Origin: an uncultured Gammaproteobacteria bacterium
GTDB lineage: Bacteria > Patescibacteriota > Microgenomatia > UBA10105 > UBA927
Direction: 5' to 3'
Length of the DNA stretch: 64,000 nucleotides
Assembly (NCBI GenBank): GCA_964639945.1
Contig: CAZXHY010000002.1
Location: 183 to 64,182 of the forward strand
Shown: positions 38,506 to 47,785 of the stretch, in pieces
Position numbering within the stretch: the stretch's first letter is position 1
Layout: every line of letters begins with the position of its first letter
The notes under the pieces: generated by a model
Told to the model about the DNA's origin: nothing
The model's database searches: none
What the model saw: only the letters and a program-made list of their open reading frames with translations
Translations under genes and position numbers: made by a program

Positions 38506-40623
38506 TCAAAATTTCTTTGTTATCCAAAACAAAATTCCACAACTTAACAGTGAAATGATCCCTCCTATAAGGAATATAGTCGGTCGATACTCATAGACAA
38601 TCTCATGTTTTCCGCTAGGTACAAAAATTGTTCGAAATGCTATGTTTGATTCATATATATCGGTCTCTTTTCCGTCGATAGTTGCGCTCCATGAAGGGTA
38701 ATAAACCTCAGAACTAGACAAATACGCGTCACACGGTGTATCGACTAAAAGTGTCACTTTATTTGGGGTATACGATATCACCCTAACTGCACCAACCCCC
38801 TTCTCACATGGCAATTGCACTAATCCTTCGGGATGATTTAGATCGCGCAATAATACGATAGTAGAAAGGTCTACATCTTGTCGTAATCTTTCAAGTATTT
38901 GCTCTCTTGTTTTATAAAAGTACGCGTTAGAGACAAAGAAAAAACGCTCCGCAACCTTTGTATTTGTATATAATTCATATCCAGCCTCATTATCAGTGCG
39001 AGCCAAATCCCACATGCCACTTCCCCGCCCCGTATTTGGATTGTAAGCTCCATACGGAAGCATAAGATGCTTTATCCCTAAGAAAGAAATATACGGCGAG
39101 GTCACGTCCATATACGGAACCTGTACGTCATGATCTACTAAACTCGACCTCGTACTTTTATTTAATGCTTCCACAAAATCATAATAACTTTTTAAAATAG
39201 AAGGATCATACCCAGTCGCAGACTGTAGGTCATAGGCCATGACACCATCAAAATCCAACACATCTCGCTGTGGGAGCCAAACGCCAAAATTTTGAAGCAA
39301 ACGGTATGGAGCGACATCTTGTTTTAAATACGATACGAGCGTCGCATCATGCCTACGTTCTGGAATCTTCTGTAACGAGACAAATCCACGTCCAAACAAA
39401 AGCAATTCTATGGTCACAGCAACACCTGTGATATACAACAAGCGAGAATTTTTTATCATTCGAAGCCCAATCCCAGCTAGTCCAGACAGCCCAAATATCA
39501 CGAGAACCAAATGGCGGGGGGGTATACGTAGGTGGTGATACATAGGGACAAATTGCCAAAGTATTTTTTGCAAATCTATCGGAGCATTTGGACCCAACGA
39601 AACCCACAACCCAAAAAACACAAGCGCCACAAACACTATTCCCAAAACTCGCGCTTTCGCCTCAATATTTTTTCGAAATAACATGATTATTCCGATAAAA
39701 CTGAGTACTAATCCGAATAGTCCGATAAATGCACTATGCTCAACAAAATTTGGTGGCGGTCCACTGTAGGTGTATTGATTACCAAACTGAAAAGGGTTAA
39801 GAAACTGCAACAAGCTTCGAATTTCATATGACCCATACGCATGCCACGTATAGGGAAAAGAAAACAATCGTATACTACGACTGAAAAATTCCTGCTCGGG
39901 CAATATTTGAATTGCAGCAAGACAAAGGCCAGCAACTCCCGAAAGCACTGCATATATAATCGGTGTATATTTTCGTACGCTCAACGCATACACCACACTA
40001 AGCAACCCAATCACCAACACAGTAAAAAATGCCATTGTTTGATAGCCTGCAAACAATTGCATAGCAAAACAAAAACTCGCAAGTACCACATATCTACCTG
40101 TACCTTGGCGTTTTTCGGAGACGACGCGCATCAACTTCCAAAATGCGCCGACAACCCAAGGTATCCAACTTGCTGCTGCAATCACATCTACGTGACCCGC
40201 AAACGTGCGCGCCATAAAAAACCCAGACATCCCAAATATTACCCCACTAATCCAAGCGGCTATATCAAATTGCTGTTTGGTCCGCATGAGTAAATACATA
40301 CCTACCATGGCCCAAAGTATGTGAAGCGCTATATGCCAACTGTACATGAGGTTTAGGGGCAATATAAAAAATAACCAATTTGGCGGATACCAAATATTCA
40401 CGACAGGGTCTGCGATGAACGGCTGTCCACCAAATATACTGGGATTCCACCATGGAAACACACCTCGACTCATCCACTGATTAAAAAATTCACGAAAAAA
40501 GTAATATGCCCGATGAATGTCATCACCATACAACAACATCCCACTATCTGGCCACAGTGCCCATCCAAACAGCAAAACTATAAGAATGCTATACAGTAAA
40601 ATCGGCAAAACCAATCGTTTCAT
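38506..40623 (-). CDS. YfhO-family polytopic membrane protein (705 aa)
   Basis: The N-terminus HRAYYFFREFFNQWMSRGVFPWWNPSIFGGQPFIADP is typical of YfhO. It has a large extracytoplasmic C-terminal domain and a final TM helix. The C-terminal motif YYPSWSATIDGKETDIY is shared with 52092..54440. Confidence 0.7.
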   Translation of the reverse strand: MKRLVLPILLYSILIVLLFGWALWPDSGMLLYGDDIHRAYYFFREFFNQWMSRGVFPWWNPSIFGGQPFIADPVVNIWYPPNWLFFILPLNLMYSWHIALHILWAMVGMYLLMRTKQQFDIAAWISGVIFGMSGFFMARTFAGHVDVIAAASWIPWVVGAFWKLMRVVSEKRQGTGRYVVLASFCFAMQLFAGYQTMAFFTVLVIGLLSVVYALSVRKYTPIIYAVLSGVAGLCLAAIQILPEQEFFSRSIRLFSFPYTWHAYGSYEIRSLLQFLNPFQFGNQYTYSGPPPNFVEHSAFIGLFGLVLSFIGIIMLFRKNIEAKARVLGIVFVALVFFGLWVSLGPNAPIDLQKILWQFVPMYHHLRIPPRHLVLVIFGLSGLAGIGLRMIKNSRLLYITGVAVTIELLLFGRGFVSLQKIPERRHDATLVSYLKQDVAPYRLLQNFGVWLPQRDVLDFDGVMAYDLQSATGYDPSILKSYYDFVEALNKSTRSSLVDHDVQVPYMDVTSPYISFLGIKHLMLPYGAYNPNTGRGSGMWDLARTDNEAGYELYTNTKVAERFFFVSNAYFYKTREQILERLRQDVDLSTIVLLRDLNHPEGLVQLPCEKGVGAVRVISYTPNKVTLLVDTPCDAYLSSSEVYYPSWSATIDGKETDIYESNIAFRTIFVPSGKHEIVYEYRPTIFLIGGIISLLSCGILFWITKKF

Positions 40624-41387
40624 ATTTTTTTTGCGACTACTACGAGTGTGGCACCAAACGGAAGTCTATACCCCATAACATGCTCTAGCCTTAGTATAAA
40701 AAGAAGCATGGTATTTATCCAAGGCTTAGGCATAACCAGATATCTCTGCACAACATCTTCACCACCCCTCCCCACCAACACTCTCCACAACGAATACATA
40801 GGAAGTAATAAAGAATTCCAATATCCCATATGAACTATACGAAATCCTGAGTCTTTTAAGAGTTTCGTCATGCTCTGCTTGGTGTATCGGCGCTTATGAC
40901 CAGATGCAGTATCGACAGAGGACCAAAGATGAGTACCTGCCGGTACAGTCAAAAATACATATCCCCCGCGATGCACAAGTGCATAGCATTTTTTTATAAA
41001 CCGCATGTCATCATGTATGTGTTCCATCACATCAAACGCTCCCACTGCATCAAATATTTTCTTGGGACTAAATTGAAATATTGATGATCGCACAAGCATA
41101 CTTGTCGTTTGACGTTTCGCATACATGAGTGCGCGAGCGTTGACATCTAGCCCCGTCGTACTAAATCCTAGGCGCTGTAGCTCTGACAACATAACACCCG
41201 TACCACACCCTATATCTAGAAAAGTGCGACCTTTACTATTTGGGACAAAACGAGCGATCATCGTCCGAATCAGCTCACGTCTCCCCAGAAACCAAAAATG
41301 CTTTCTTTCTACCAAATGGACATGAGAGTAATGCTCCGCGTTATATGTTTTGCTCATATTATTTTTTTGTGGCAAAAAGGTACCCAA
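40620..41387 (-). CDS. Class I SAM-dependent methyltransferase (third paralog)
   Basis: FLDIGCGTGVMLSEL; HFWFLGRREL; ends TLVVVAKKI. Overlaps the downstream YfhO gene by 4 nt. Confidence 0.8.
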   Translation of the reverse strand: MGTFLPQKNNMSKTYNAEHYSHVHLVERKHFWFLGRRELIRTMIARFVPNSKGRTFLDIGCGTGVMLSELQRLGFSTTGLDVNARALMYAKRQTTSMLVRSSIFQFSPKKIFDAVGAFDVMEHIHDDMRFIKKCYALVHRGGYVFLTVPAGTHLWSSVDTASGHKRRYTKQSMTKLLKDSGFRIVHMGYWNSLLLPMYSLWRVLVGRGGEDVVQRYLVMPKPWINTMLLFILRLEHVMGYRLPFGATLVVVAKKI

Positions 41388-42924
41388 TTACCACATCATT
41401 TCGTGCCACCGTGGAGACCACTTTACCATGTGTGTTCCAATAGGCAATAGCCCCCTCAAAAAAATTCTGAGAGTTAGGTATGATGATGAAATCAGCACCT
41501 TCTGTTTCTGACTGCACAAATGCAAGTGTATTATCTGGAAAATACGCACTCGGAAAATTAAGCCACGCCACATATACAGTGGCATCAGTGCCTCTTGCTA
41601 CATTGTTTACTTTGGTCACCAACTCCCCAACGGAGAATCCCCAATAATCAAAATCAAACGTCTCAGATACTTTCTTGCTCTCTCCTGCAAATATATTGAA
41701 ATACATAGATTCATATGGGTGCATTCGCATAGCCACATACCCTAGTGCTACCACAAGAACTACCAGACATAGTGTTTTGACTGTCTGTATTGACACCCAG
41801 CGTGCACCAGTCTTTACCAACCATTCAACCCCAAACATAGCAAGCAGCGCAAGTGCTGGCAACACTTCCATCACGTGCCTTGCGCCGTTATATATGATCA
41901 TGTGAGGAACCATATACCGACCAAATACGACGCCAATCCAAATAAAAACTATAATTCGCTTGCGCGCAACACCAGCCTGCATTCCTAAAGCGCTAGCTAT
42001 AATACCCACAAATATAAACAAGAGAACGACTGGTGGAGTCTGTAATGCGATTACACTCGGTGCATACCACCATGGCACATCCACGCCAGCAATATAGAGA
42101 ATGCCATCAAACAACACGGGTAATCCACGCCCTACTTCACCGACGTACTGTACAATCATTCGAATGTTCCGAACTGGATCTGTCACAATCCATGGCCAAA
42201 AAACACACAACACCACCATCCCCACTATTCCATAGTGGGTAAAATATCCTATTTGTCTTACCGAAAGCCGATTCTTCTTTTGTACGATAAACCAAATACC
42301 TAAAATTATAGGAACAAACACTGCATTGAATTTGGTCGCCATTGCAAGTCCCCACACCACACCCGCAACTAAATATAAATGAAGTGTATTTGCTCGTATT
42401 GCACGCATACCTAACCATACAGAAAGCGTAAATAACGCGGCTTGTGGCACGTCTTTTATGTTTACCTGACTGTGCCCCAAAAATATGGGTGATAGTGCCA
42501 AAATAAGCGCGGCAATACCTCCCAAAAACACTGAACCAGTAAGCTCTAGTCCCATCGCGTATGTGGCATACACCGCTAGCGCCGAAAACAACACTACAAC
42601 CATGTGATGAGCAGAAACAGGATCAGTGAGATGAAGCCACTCAGACCAAACCAGAGATGAAAAGGAGGCAAGTGTGATAGCAAGCGGCGGATATCGTTCC
42701 CAATGTGTATCAGCCCGAAATGGCAACGCTTGAGGTATACGGAGGCTGGTTGGATTACGAAGTGGACCTAGTGACTGTGTCCAAAGGATATTCAAATATA
42801 TGCGCCCCACAAAATAATTTTCTGGTTCATCCCACGTTATAATGCCACGTGACATGGTAAACAAACCAAACAAAAACACAACAAAAAATATAATAATCCC
42901 TACTCGTCTTTGATGCATGCGCAA
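41359..42924 (-). CDS. Polytopic membrane glycosyltransferase, GT-C fold; paralog of 36868..38493
   Basis: First-loop acidic motif ITWDEPENYF. Carries the shared DYWG C-terminal motif. Confidence 0.65.
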   Translation of the reverse strand: MRMHQRRVGIIIFFVVFLFGLFTMSRGIITWDEPENYFVGRIYLNILWTQSLGPLRNPTSLRIPQALPFRADTHWERYPPLAITLASFSSLVWSEWLHLTDPVSAHHMVVVLFSALAVYATYAMGLELTGSVFLGGIAALILALSPIFLGHSQVNIKDVPQAALFTLSVWLGMRAIRANTLHLYLVAGVVWGLAMATKFNAVFVPIILGIWFIVQKKNRLSVRQIGYFTHYGIVGMVVLCVFWPWIVTDPVRNIRMIVQYVGEVGRGLPVLFDGILYIAGVDVPWWYAPSVIALQTPPVVLLFIFVGIIASALGMQAGVARKRIIVFIWIGVVFGRYMVPHMIIYNGARHVMEVLPALALLAMFGVEWLVKTGARWVSIQTVKTLCLVVLVVALGYVAMRMHPYESMYFNIFAGESKKVSETFDFDYWGFSVGELVTKVNNVARGTDATVYVAWLNFPSAYFPDNTLAFVQSETEGADFIIIPNSQNFFEGAIAYWNTHGKVVSTVARNDVVIGYLFATKK

Positions 42925-42940
42925 AAAAATGTTGTGGATC

Positions 42941-44617
42941 TTACAATATGCTATATATGGTCACATATGCATTGTGATATATAGACCGCAAAAATGGGTA
43001 TATGTGCGAAAGATCTGCGACCGCCCCATCTTCCCTCTCTTGAGGACCAAAAAATACATACGATGCTCCTGTCCCACGAACAAATTCACGTGCCACATTT
43101 GGTGGCATTTCTCCTGAAAAAAATTGTGATACATCAACTCGTTTTTGCTCGGCATTTACTGTATTGTCATGCCCCACAAATACACGATTACCGCTATACA
43201 CTGGGATATAATTTCCTGCGGTAGTCTCAGAAAGAACTATTTCATTCCTACCTGCGTTATTTTGTATGTATGATATTGCTGCGATAAAGTCACGCAACGG
43301 ATACATCACATAACTCCCCGTAGGCACCAATGGCACAGAAGCTCTAATTTTGTGATCCACGAAATCCTTTTGCCACATATAGGAAGAAAACATGTGAAAT
43401 AATCCCAGTAAAATCAGGCTCATGGCGACAAACAACGATAAAAACTGACCTATCCCTCGCAAATAACGGGTCTTGATAGATAAGGCAAACATGCTAAAAA
43501 AGACATATGCGGCGAGTATTCCAAGGCCAACATGGGGCACCATTTCTGAAAATCGCAGTGGACTCTGCGATGGGATAAATCGAAAAACACCGAGGAGTAT
43601 CATCCATGCTCCAACCCAAGAAACAACGGGAATAAAATAACGATCCCGCCTCCACAACACGATCCCTGCCCCCAGAAGCCCCAACGGAAGCATTGGGCCC
43701 AATGCTTGGATATACTCTATGTAGTCAAATGGTAATGGATGCAAAATATCAAGCTCGGCCAATCGTTTCCATGGATAAAACGAGGTCATGAGAAAGAGAT
43801 ACACGAGCGAAGGTGCGCTCACGCATATAAATCCAAACACGGGAATAAACCACTCCTTCATCCCCTGCAACATGCTCTTTTTCTCAAACCAAGTCTCCAA
43901 AAACACCATCACAACCAATGTTGTATAGACAAAAATAAGCCCCGGAGGAAACACCATCCCAAGCACAAATCCCAAAATCCCCAAAAATATATTGTTTACT
44001 TTACGCTTCATTCCAACTGATGCCGCGAAAATCAACACGATACTCAACATAAGCGCTTGACCTGCCAGAAGATGAGGGATAAACGTAATCCTTTGCAAAC
44101 TATCCATGACAGACCACCACGCCATATACCCACCCAATCTTGGAGCATCGGCAACTGTCACAAATTTGGGCCAAGAAGAAGCGGTCACAATCAGCAAAAA
44201 ACCCAGAATCGCCCATGTGGTTCTATTTGCTACATGTGCAAAGCTTCGCCTACACCACGAAGCTATAGCAAAAAGCAGCGCAAAAGCGAGCACGATACGA
44301 GCCACATGGTAGACATCTGCTGGTCTGTAGTCTGGCACTCTCGCCCAAGCTCCAACTTTTCCAAGAAGCAAATAAAATTCATGGATAAACGATCCTGCAT
44401 GCGTCTCAGTCGTATAAACCTCACGAACAGTCCATTTACCCTCCAGCCCCATGCGAATTCGCGAAAGATAAAAATTATAATCAGTTGGGAAATTGTGCAC
44501 GAGTTCAAATTGTCGATTAGACTGCAAATCTCCCGCACGAGACAACTCATACATAGAAGGTGCAAGAGAAAATAGAACAAATCCCAAAATAATATATGTC
44601 AGTATCCACTTTTTCAT
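42941..44617 (-). CDS. Polytopic integral membrane protein (558 aa), GT-C-like
   Basis: Has more than 12 TM helices and a C-terminal soluble domain. No diagnostic motif beyond topology. Confidence 0.5.
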   Translation of the reverse strand: MKKWILTYIILGFVLFSLAPSMYELSRAGDLQSNRQFELVHNFPTDYNFYLSRIRMGLEGKWTVREVYTTETHAGSFIHEFYLLLGKVGAWARVPDYRPADVYHVARIVLAFALLFAIASWCRRSFAHVANRTTWAILGFLLIVTASSWPKFVTVADAPRLGGYMAWWSVMDSLQRITFIPHLLAGQALMLSIVLIFAASVGMKRKVNNIFLGILGFVLGMVFPPGLIFVYTTLVVMVFLETWFEKKSMLQGMKEWFIPVFGFICVSAPSLVYLFLMTSFYPWKRLAELDILHPLPFDYIEYIQALGPMLPLGLLGAGIVLWRRDRYFIPVVSWVGAWMILLGVFRFIPSQSPLRFSEMVPHVGLGILAAYVFFSMFALSIKTRYLRGIGQFLSLFVAMSLILLGLFHMFSSYMWQKDFVDHKIRASVPLVPTGSYVMYPLRDFIAAISYIQNNAGRNEIVLSETTAGNYIPVYSGNRVFVGHDNTVNAEQKRVDVSQFFSGEMPPNVAREFVRGTGASYVFFGPQEREDGAVADLSHIYPFLRSIYHNAYVTIYSIL

Positions 44618-44670
44618 AGTCTTTCAAGAGTATAGCATCGCTTGACTTCGCCAGTATATTCCACAATAAT

Positions 44671-45231
44671 GTGCCTATGGCTACACCACTCTCCCTGACG
44701 GATATAGACGAAAAAACAAGTGCAAAAATCTATGTTCAAGACTACAAGTCTAAACCTACTATCGATGGCGTTACGATAATAACGCTCAAAAATATGTCTG
44801 GTGAAGACAGTGATTTTTCTGAACTTCTTCGCATCAATCCACAGGGTGAAGTAGAACAATTCCCAGGATTTCATATAGCACAAATAAACCGCAGCACCCA
44901 AATTCCGGGGTCTGTCAAAGCATGGCATATACATTTTGCACAGGATGAATTATGGTATGTCGCCGATGAGTCTCGACTCATGACGGGACTTTGGGATGTA
45001 CGAAAAAATTCTCCTACGTATGGCGCAACCATGCGTATACCCATGGGCGGAAGTACGCATCGCATGGTGTATATTCCTCGAGGCGTAGCTCACGGAGCAG
45101 TAAATTTTTCCACAAATATTGCCACCATAACGTACTTTATGAACGGTCAATTCAACATAAACGACCCTGACGAACGCAGAATCCCATGGGACACTCTCGG
45201 GAAAGAATTTTGGCAACCCCAACGCGACTAA
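44671..45231 (+). CDS. Cupin-fold NDP-sugar epimerase/isomerase (RmlC/FdtA-like). The annotated GTG start may really be the ATG at 44677
   Basis: 186 aa. KAWHIHFAQDELWYV and the beta-rich composition fit RmlC-like cupins. Immediately precedes a DegT aminotransferase. Confidence 0.55.
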   Translation: MPMATPLSLTDIDEKTSAKIYVQDYKSKPTIDGVTIITLKNMSGEDSDFSELLRINPQGEVEQFPGFHIAQINRSTQIPGSVKAWHIHFAQDELWYVADESRLMTGLWDVRKNSPTYGATMRIPMGGSTHRMVYIPRGVAHGAVNFSTNIATITYFMNGQFNINDPDERRIPWDTLGKEFWQPQRD

Positions 45232-45262
45232 GACATATTCCCTGCCTACACAAGTTTTTTCT

Positions 45263-46381
45263 ATGAGTCGGCCTACCTTTAACGCTCTGGCTATCACGAG
45301 CCCAAAACTCCAAAAGCAATATATCCAAGCATTTACCCATGTATTAAAACGTGGAATATTCCTCCATGGTCCCCAAAACAAAAAACTTACCAAACTACTA
45401 TCCCAAAAAATCGGCACACACGTTACTCTTGTGGCTTCTGGTCATGATGCGCTTCTTTTATCGATACAGTCGCTTCATCTAAAAAATACCGATGAAATCA
45501 TAGTTCCAGCAAACGCGTACCCCACTGCGTTTGCTGCAGCGCTTAGTGGGACCAAACTAGTACTGGCAGATGTAGATCAAAACGGACAATTATCCGTGCA
45601 TACTGTCGCTGCTGCCATAACCAAAAATACAAAAGCTGTCATCATGGTGCATTTATATGGCGCGACAGGAGACATAGATGCCGTGCGCCACTTCTGCAAG
45701 AAAAAACACATCACACTTATAGAAGATTGTGCGCAAGCATTTGGTACCACATACAAACATAAAAACGTCGGTACATTTGGAGCACTGGGATGTTTTTCGT
45801 TTTATCCGACCAAAAACATAGGAAGTTTTGGTGATGGAGGCGCTATTTGCTCACCATACGCATCTAAAATTACAGAACTGCGCATACGATCGTTTTATGG
45901 AGAAAAAACTCGATATAAAAGCACGTTTATAGCAGGTCACAGCAATTTACCCGAACTGCAGGCTGCAGGAGTACAAGTTGCACTAAAAAACTCCCAAAAA
46001 AACTTTGCAAACAGAAAACAAATTGCCATATGGTACAAAAATTCACTCAAACACCTCTTGGAATTTTTACAACCACTAGCATCAGATCCGTCGAGCGATG
46101 CTGTCCCACACCTTTTTGTAATTCTCGCCAAACACCGTCGGCAACTGCAACAATTCCTCACAAAACGAGGTATTCCTACGCATGTCCACTACCCTACCCC
46201 CATCCACCGTGTTCGTGCATTTTCATATCTTGGGTATACATCTGGATCATTCCCTATTGCAGAGTCGTTAGCCAAAAAAATTCTCAGTTTGCCATTTCAT
46301 CCATCTATGACAAAATCTGATGTTCAGAGCGTGGCACGCGCCATAACGAACTTCTATACTCAGTCTGATACCATGAGGTAA
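45263..46381 (+). CDS. DegT/DnrJ/EryC1/StrS (ArnB-type) sugar aminotransferase
   Basis: FSFYPTKNIGSFGDGGAICS; EDCAQAFGT. Confidence 0.85.
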   Translation: MSRPTFNALAITSPKLQKQYIQAFTHVLKRGIFLHGPQNKKLTKLLSQKIGTHVTLVASGHDALLLSIQSLHLKNTDEIIVPANAYPTAFAAALSGTKLVLADVDQNGQLSVHTVAAAITKNTKAVIMVHLYGATGDIDAVRHFCKKKHITLIEDCAQAFGTTYKHKNVGTFGALGCFSFYPTKNIGSFGDGGAICSPYASKITELRIRSFYGEKTRYKSTFIAGHSNLPELQAAGVQVALKNSQKNFANRKQIAIWYKNSLKHLLEFLQPLASDPSSDAVPHLFVILAKHRRQLQQFLTKRGIPTHVHYPTPIHRVRAFSYLGYTSGSFPIAESLAKKILSLPFHPSMTKSDVQSVARAITNFYTQSDTMR

Positions 46382-46385
46382 TCGC

Positions 46386-47075
46386 ATGAAAAAACTGCCG
46401 GAACTTTCTTTATTTTTCCCTTGCCTCAATGACGCGCAATCATTAGCACGCCTTATCTCAAGGGCAGATCAAATTGCAAAACAGGTTGCCATACGGTATG
46501 AAATATTGGTCATAAATGATGGCTCGACGGACAACACAAGTCGCGTACTTGCACGACTCCAAAAACGATACATCCACCTGCACACAATCACTCACCCCAA
46601 AAATATGGGGTACGGTGCAGCATTACAATCAGGATTTTCTAACGCTAGATATGACTGGGTTTTTTATACAGACGGAGACGGACAATATGACCCTTCTGAG
46701 CTAAAGAAACTAGTGGAACGTGTTACGCCATCTGTTGATGTGGTAAATGGGTACAAAATACACCGCGCAGATCATTGGACTCGCACAGTGCTAGGCGTGC
46801 TTTATAATCGTGTAGCTCATGTCATAACTCGGCTACCCATTCGTGATATAGATTGTGATTTTCGCCTTATTCGGCGTTTGGCACTACGCGATATCACCTT
46901 GCACAACGACTCTGGAGCCATCTGTATAGAACTTATTTCCAAACTACACACACATGGCGCAAAATTTGCAGAGGTCCCAGTTCATCATTATCCACGCCGT
47001 TTTGGTCGATCTGAATTTTTTCGCATCTCGCATCTTTCTACTATGCTACACTCACTAACGCGCCGTAGATTCTGA
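46386..47075 (+). CDS. GT2-family polyprenyl-phosphate sugar transferase (ArnC/DPM1-like)
   Basis: LSLFFPCLNDAQSL...VINDGSTDNTSRV...TDGDGQYDP. There is a GAGGT Shine-Dalgarno-like motif 7 nt upstream. Confidence 0.8.
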   Translation: MKKLPELSLFFPCLNDAQSLARLISRADQIAKQVAIRYEILVINDGSTDNTSRVLARLQKRYIHLHTITHPKNMGYGAALQSGFSNARYDWVFYTDGDGQYDPSELKKLVERVTPSVDVVNGYKIHRADHWTRTVLGVLYNRVAHVITRLPIRDIDCDFRLIRRLALRDITLHNDSGAICIELISKLHTHGAKFAEVPVHHYPRRFGRSEFFRISHLSTMLHSLTRRRF

Positions 47076-47100
47076 CACGCATATTCTTTATACTTTACCT

Positions 47101-47778
47101 ATGGAATCTGACAGTCAATCTGATATCAAAACACTACTTCCAGCCGTTGGTATCAGTATTTTTTTGATACTCATCATAGGGCTTGCTGTAACACGTGCCA
47201 AATCACAAAAAGGCACAATTGTCCTTCCGGGGGGTGTTACCTATTTAGGCCCCACGCCTACTCCAACACCTGCAAATGGTGCAAAATTTGACTCAGTCAT
47301 GGGTGGCCAAATCCCCATACCAGACAGTGCCCAATGGGTAGAACAAAAAGGGAAACTATTCCCATACAGTTTCGCATATCCCAACACCATCTCGCTCGGA
47401 GTATTCCCGAATGATCCATATGACTCCGTAACGGTTTTTTATAATGGCACTGATGCGCAAGGAAATCTTTTCTTTCGCATAGAAGATCTCACGCAATTAC
47501 AAAAAGTGTCGTTCATTACAAAGCCAAAAATCGAATATGTCAACCAATGGTGGAAAGACTATTCATGGAGTGGAGTCTCTAGTGTGACACCGTTTACCAA
47601 TAGCAAAGGGCTCAAAGGATACCGTGCAAAATACATAGACAGCAAAGGTCAAACTCCATATGACCATGTATTTTTTGAAGTACCAAATAATAAAAATCTG
47701 CTCATATGGATCAGTGGTAAATTATTTTCTCAAACCGTTTTCGACAAACTCGTTGACTCAGTGAGCTGGAGCAAATAA
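47101..47778 (+). CDS. Hypothetical membrane-anchored extracytoplasmic protein (225 aa)
   Basis: One TM segment (LLPAVGISIFLILIIGLAV), a TPTPTP linker and a beta-rich C-terminus. Confidence 0.55.
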   Translation: MESDSQSDIKTLLPAVGISIFLILIIGLAVTRAKSQKGTIVLPGGVTYLGPTPTPTPANGAKFDSVMGGQIPIPDSAQWVEQKGKLFPYSFAYPNTISLGVFPNDPYDSVTVFYNGTDAQGNLFFRIEDLTQLQKVSFITKPKIEYVNQWWKDYSWSGVSSVTPFTNSKGLKGYRAKYIDSKGQTPYDHVFFEVPNNKNLLIWISGKLFSQTVFDKLVDSVSWSK

Positions 47779-47785
47779 ACCGTCT

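Noticed and set aside
44641-44670. Possible sigma70-like promoter (TTGACT at 44642-44647, AATAAT at 44665-44670) upstream of the cupin gene
   Set aside because: The spacing is acceptable at 17 nt, but the -10 would directly abut the annotated GTG start, leaving no 5'UTR. It could only work if the real start is the ATG at 44677 or further downstream. This is too uncertain to list as a feature.
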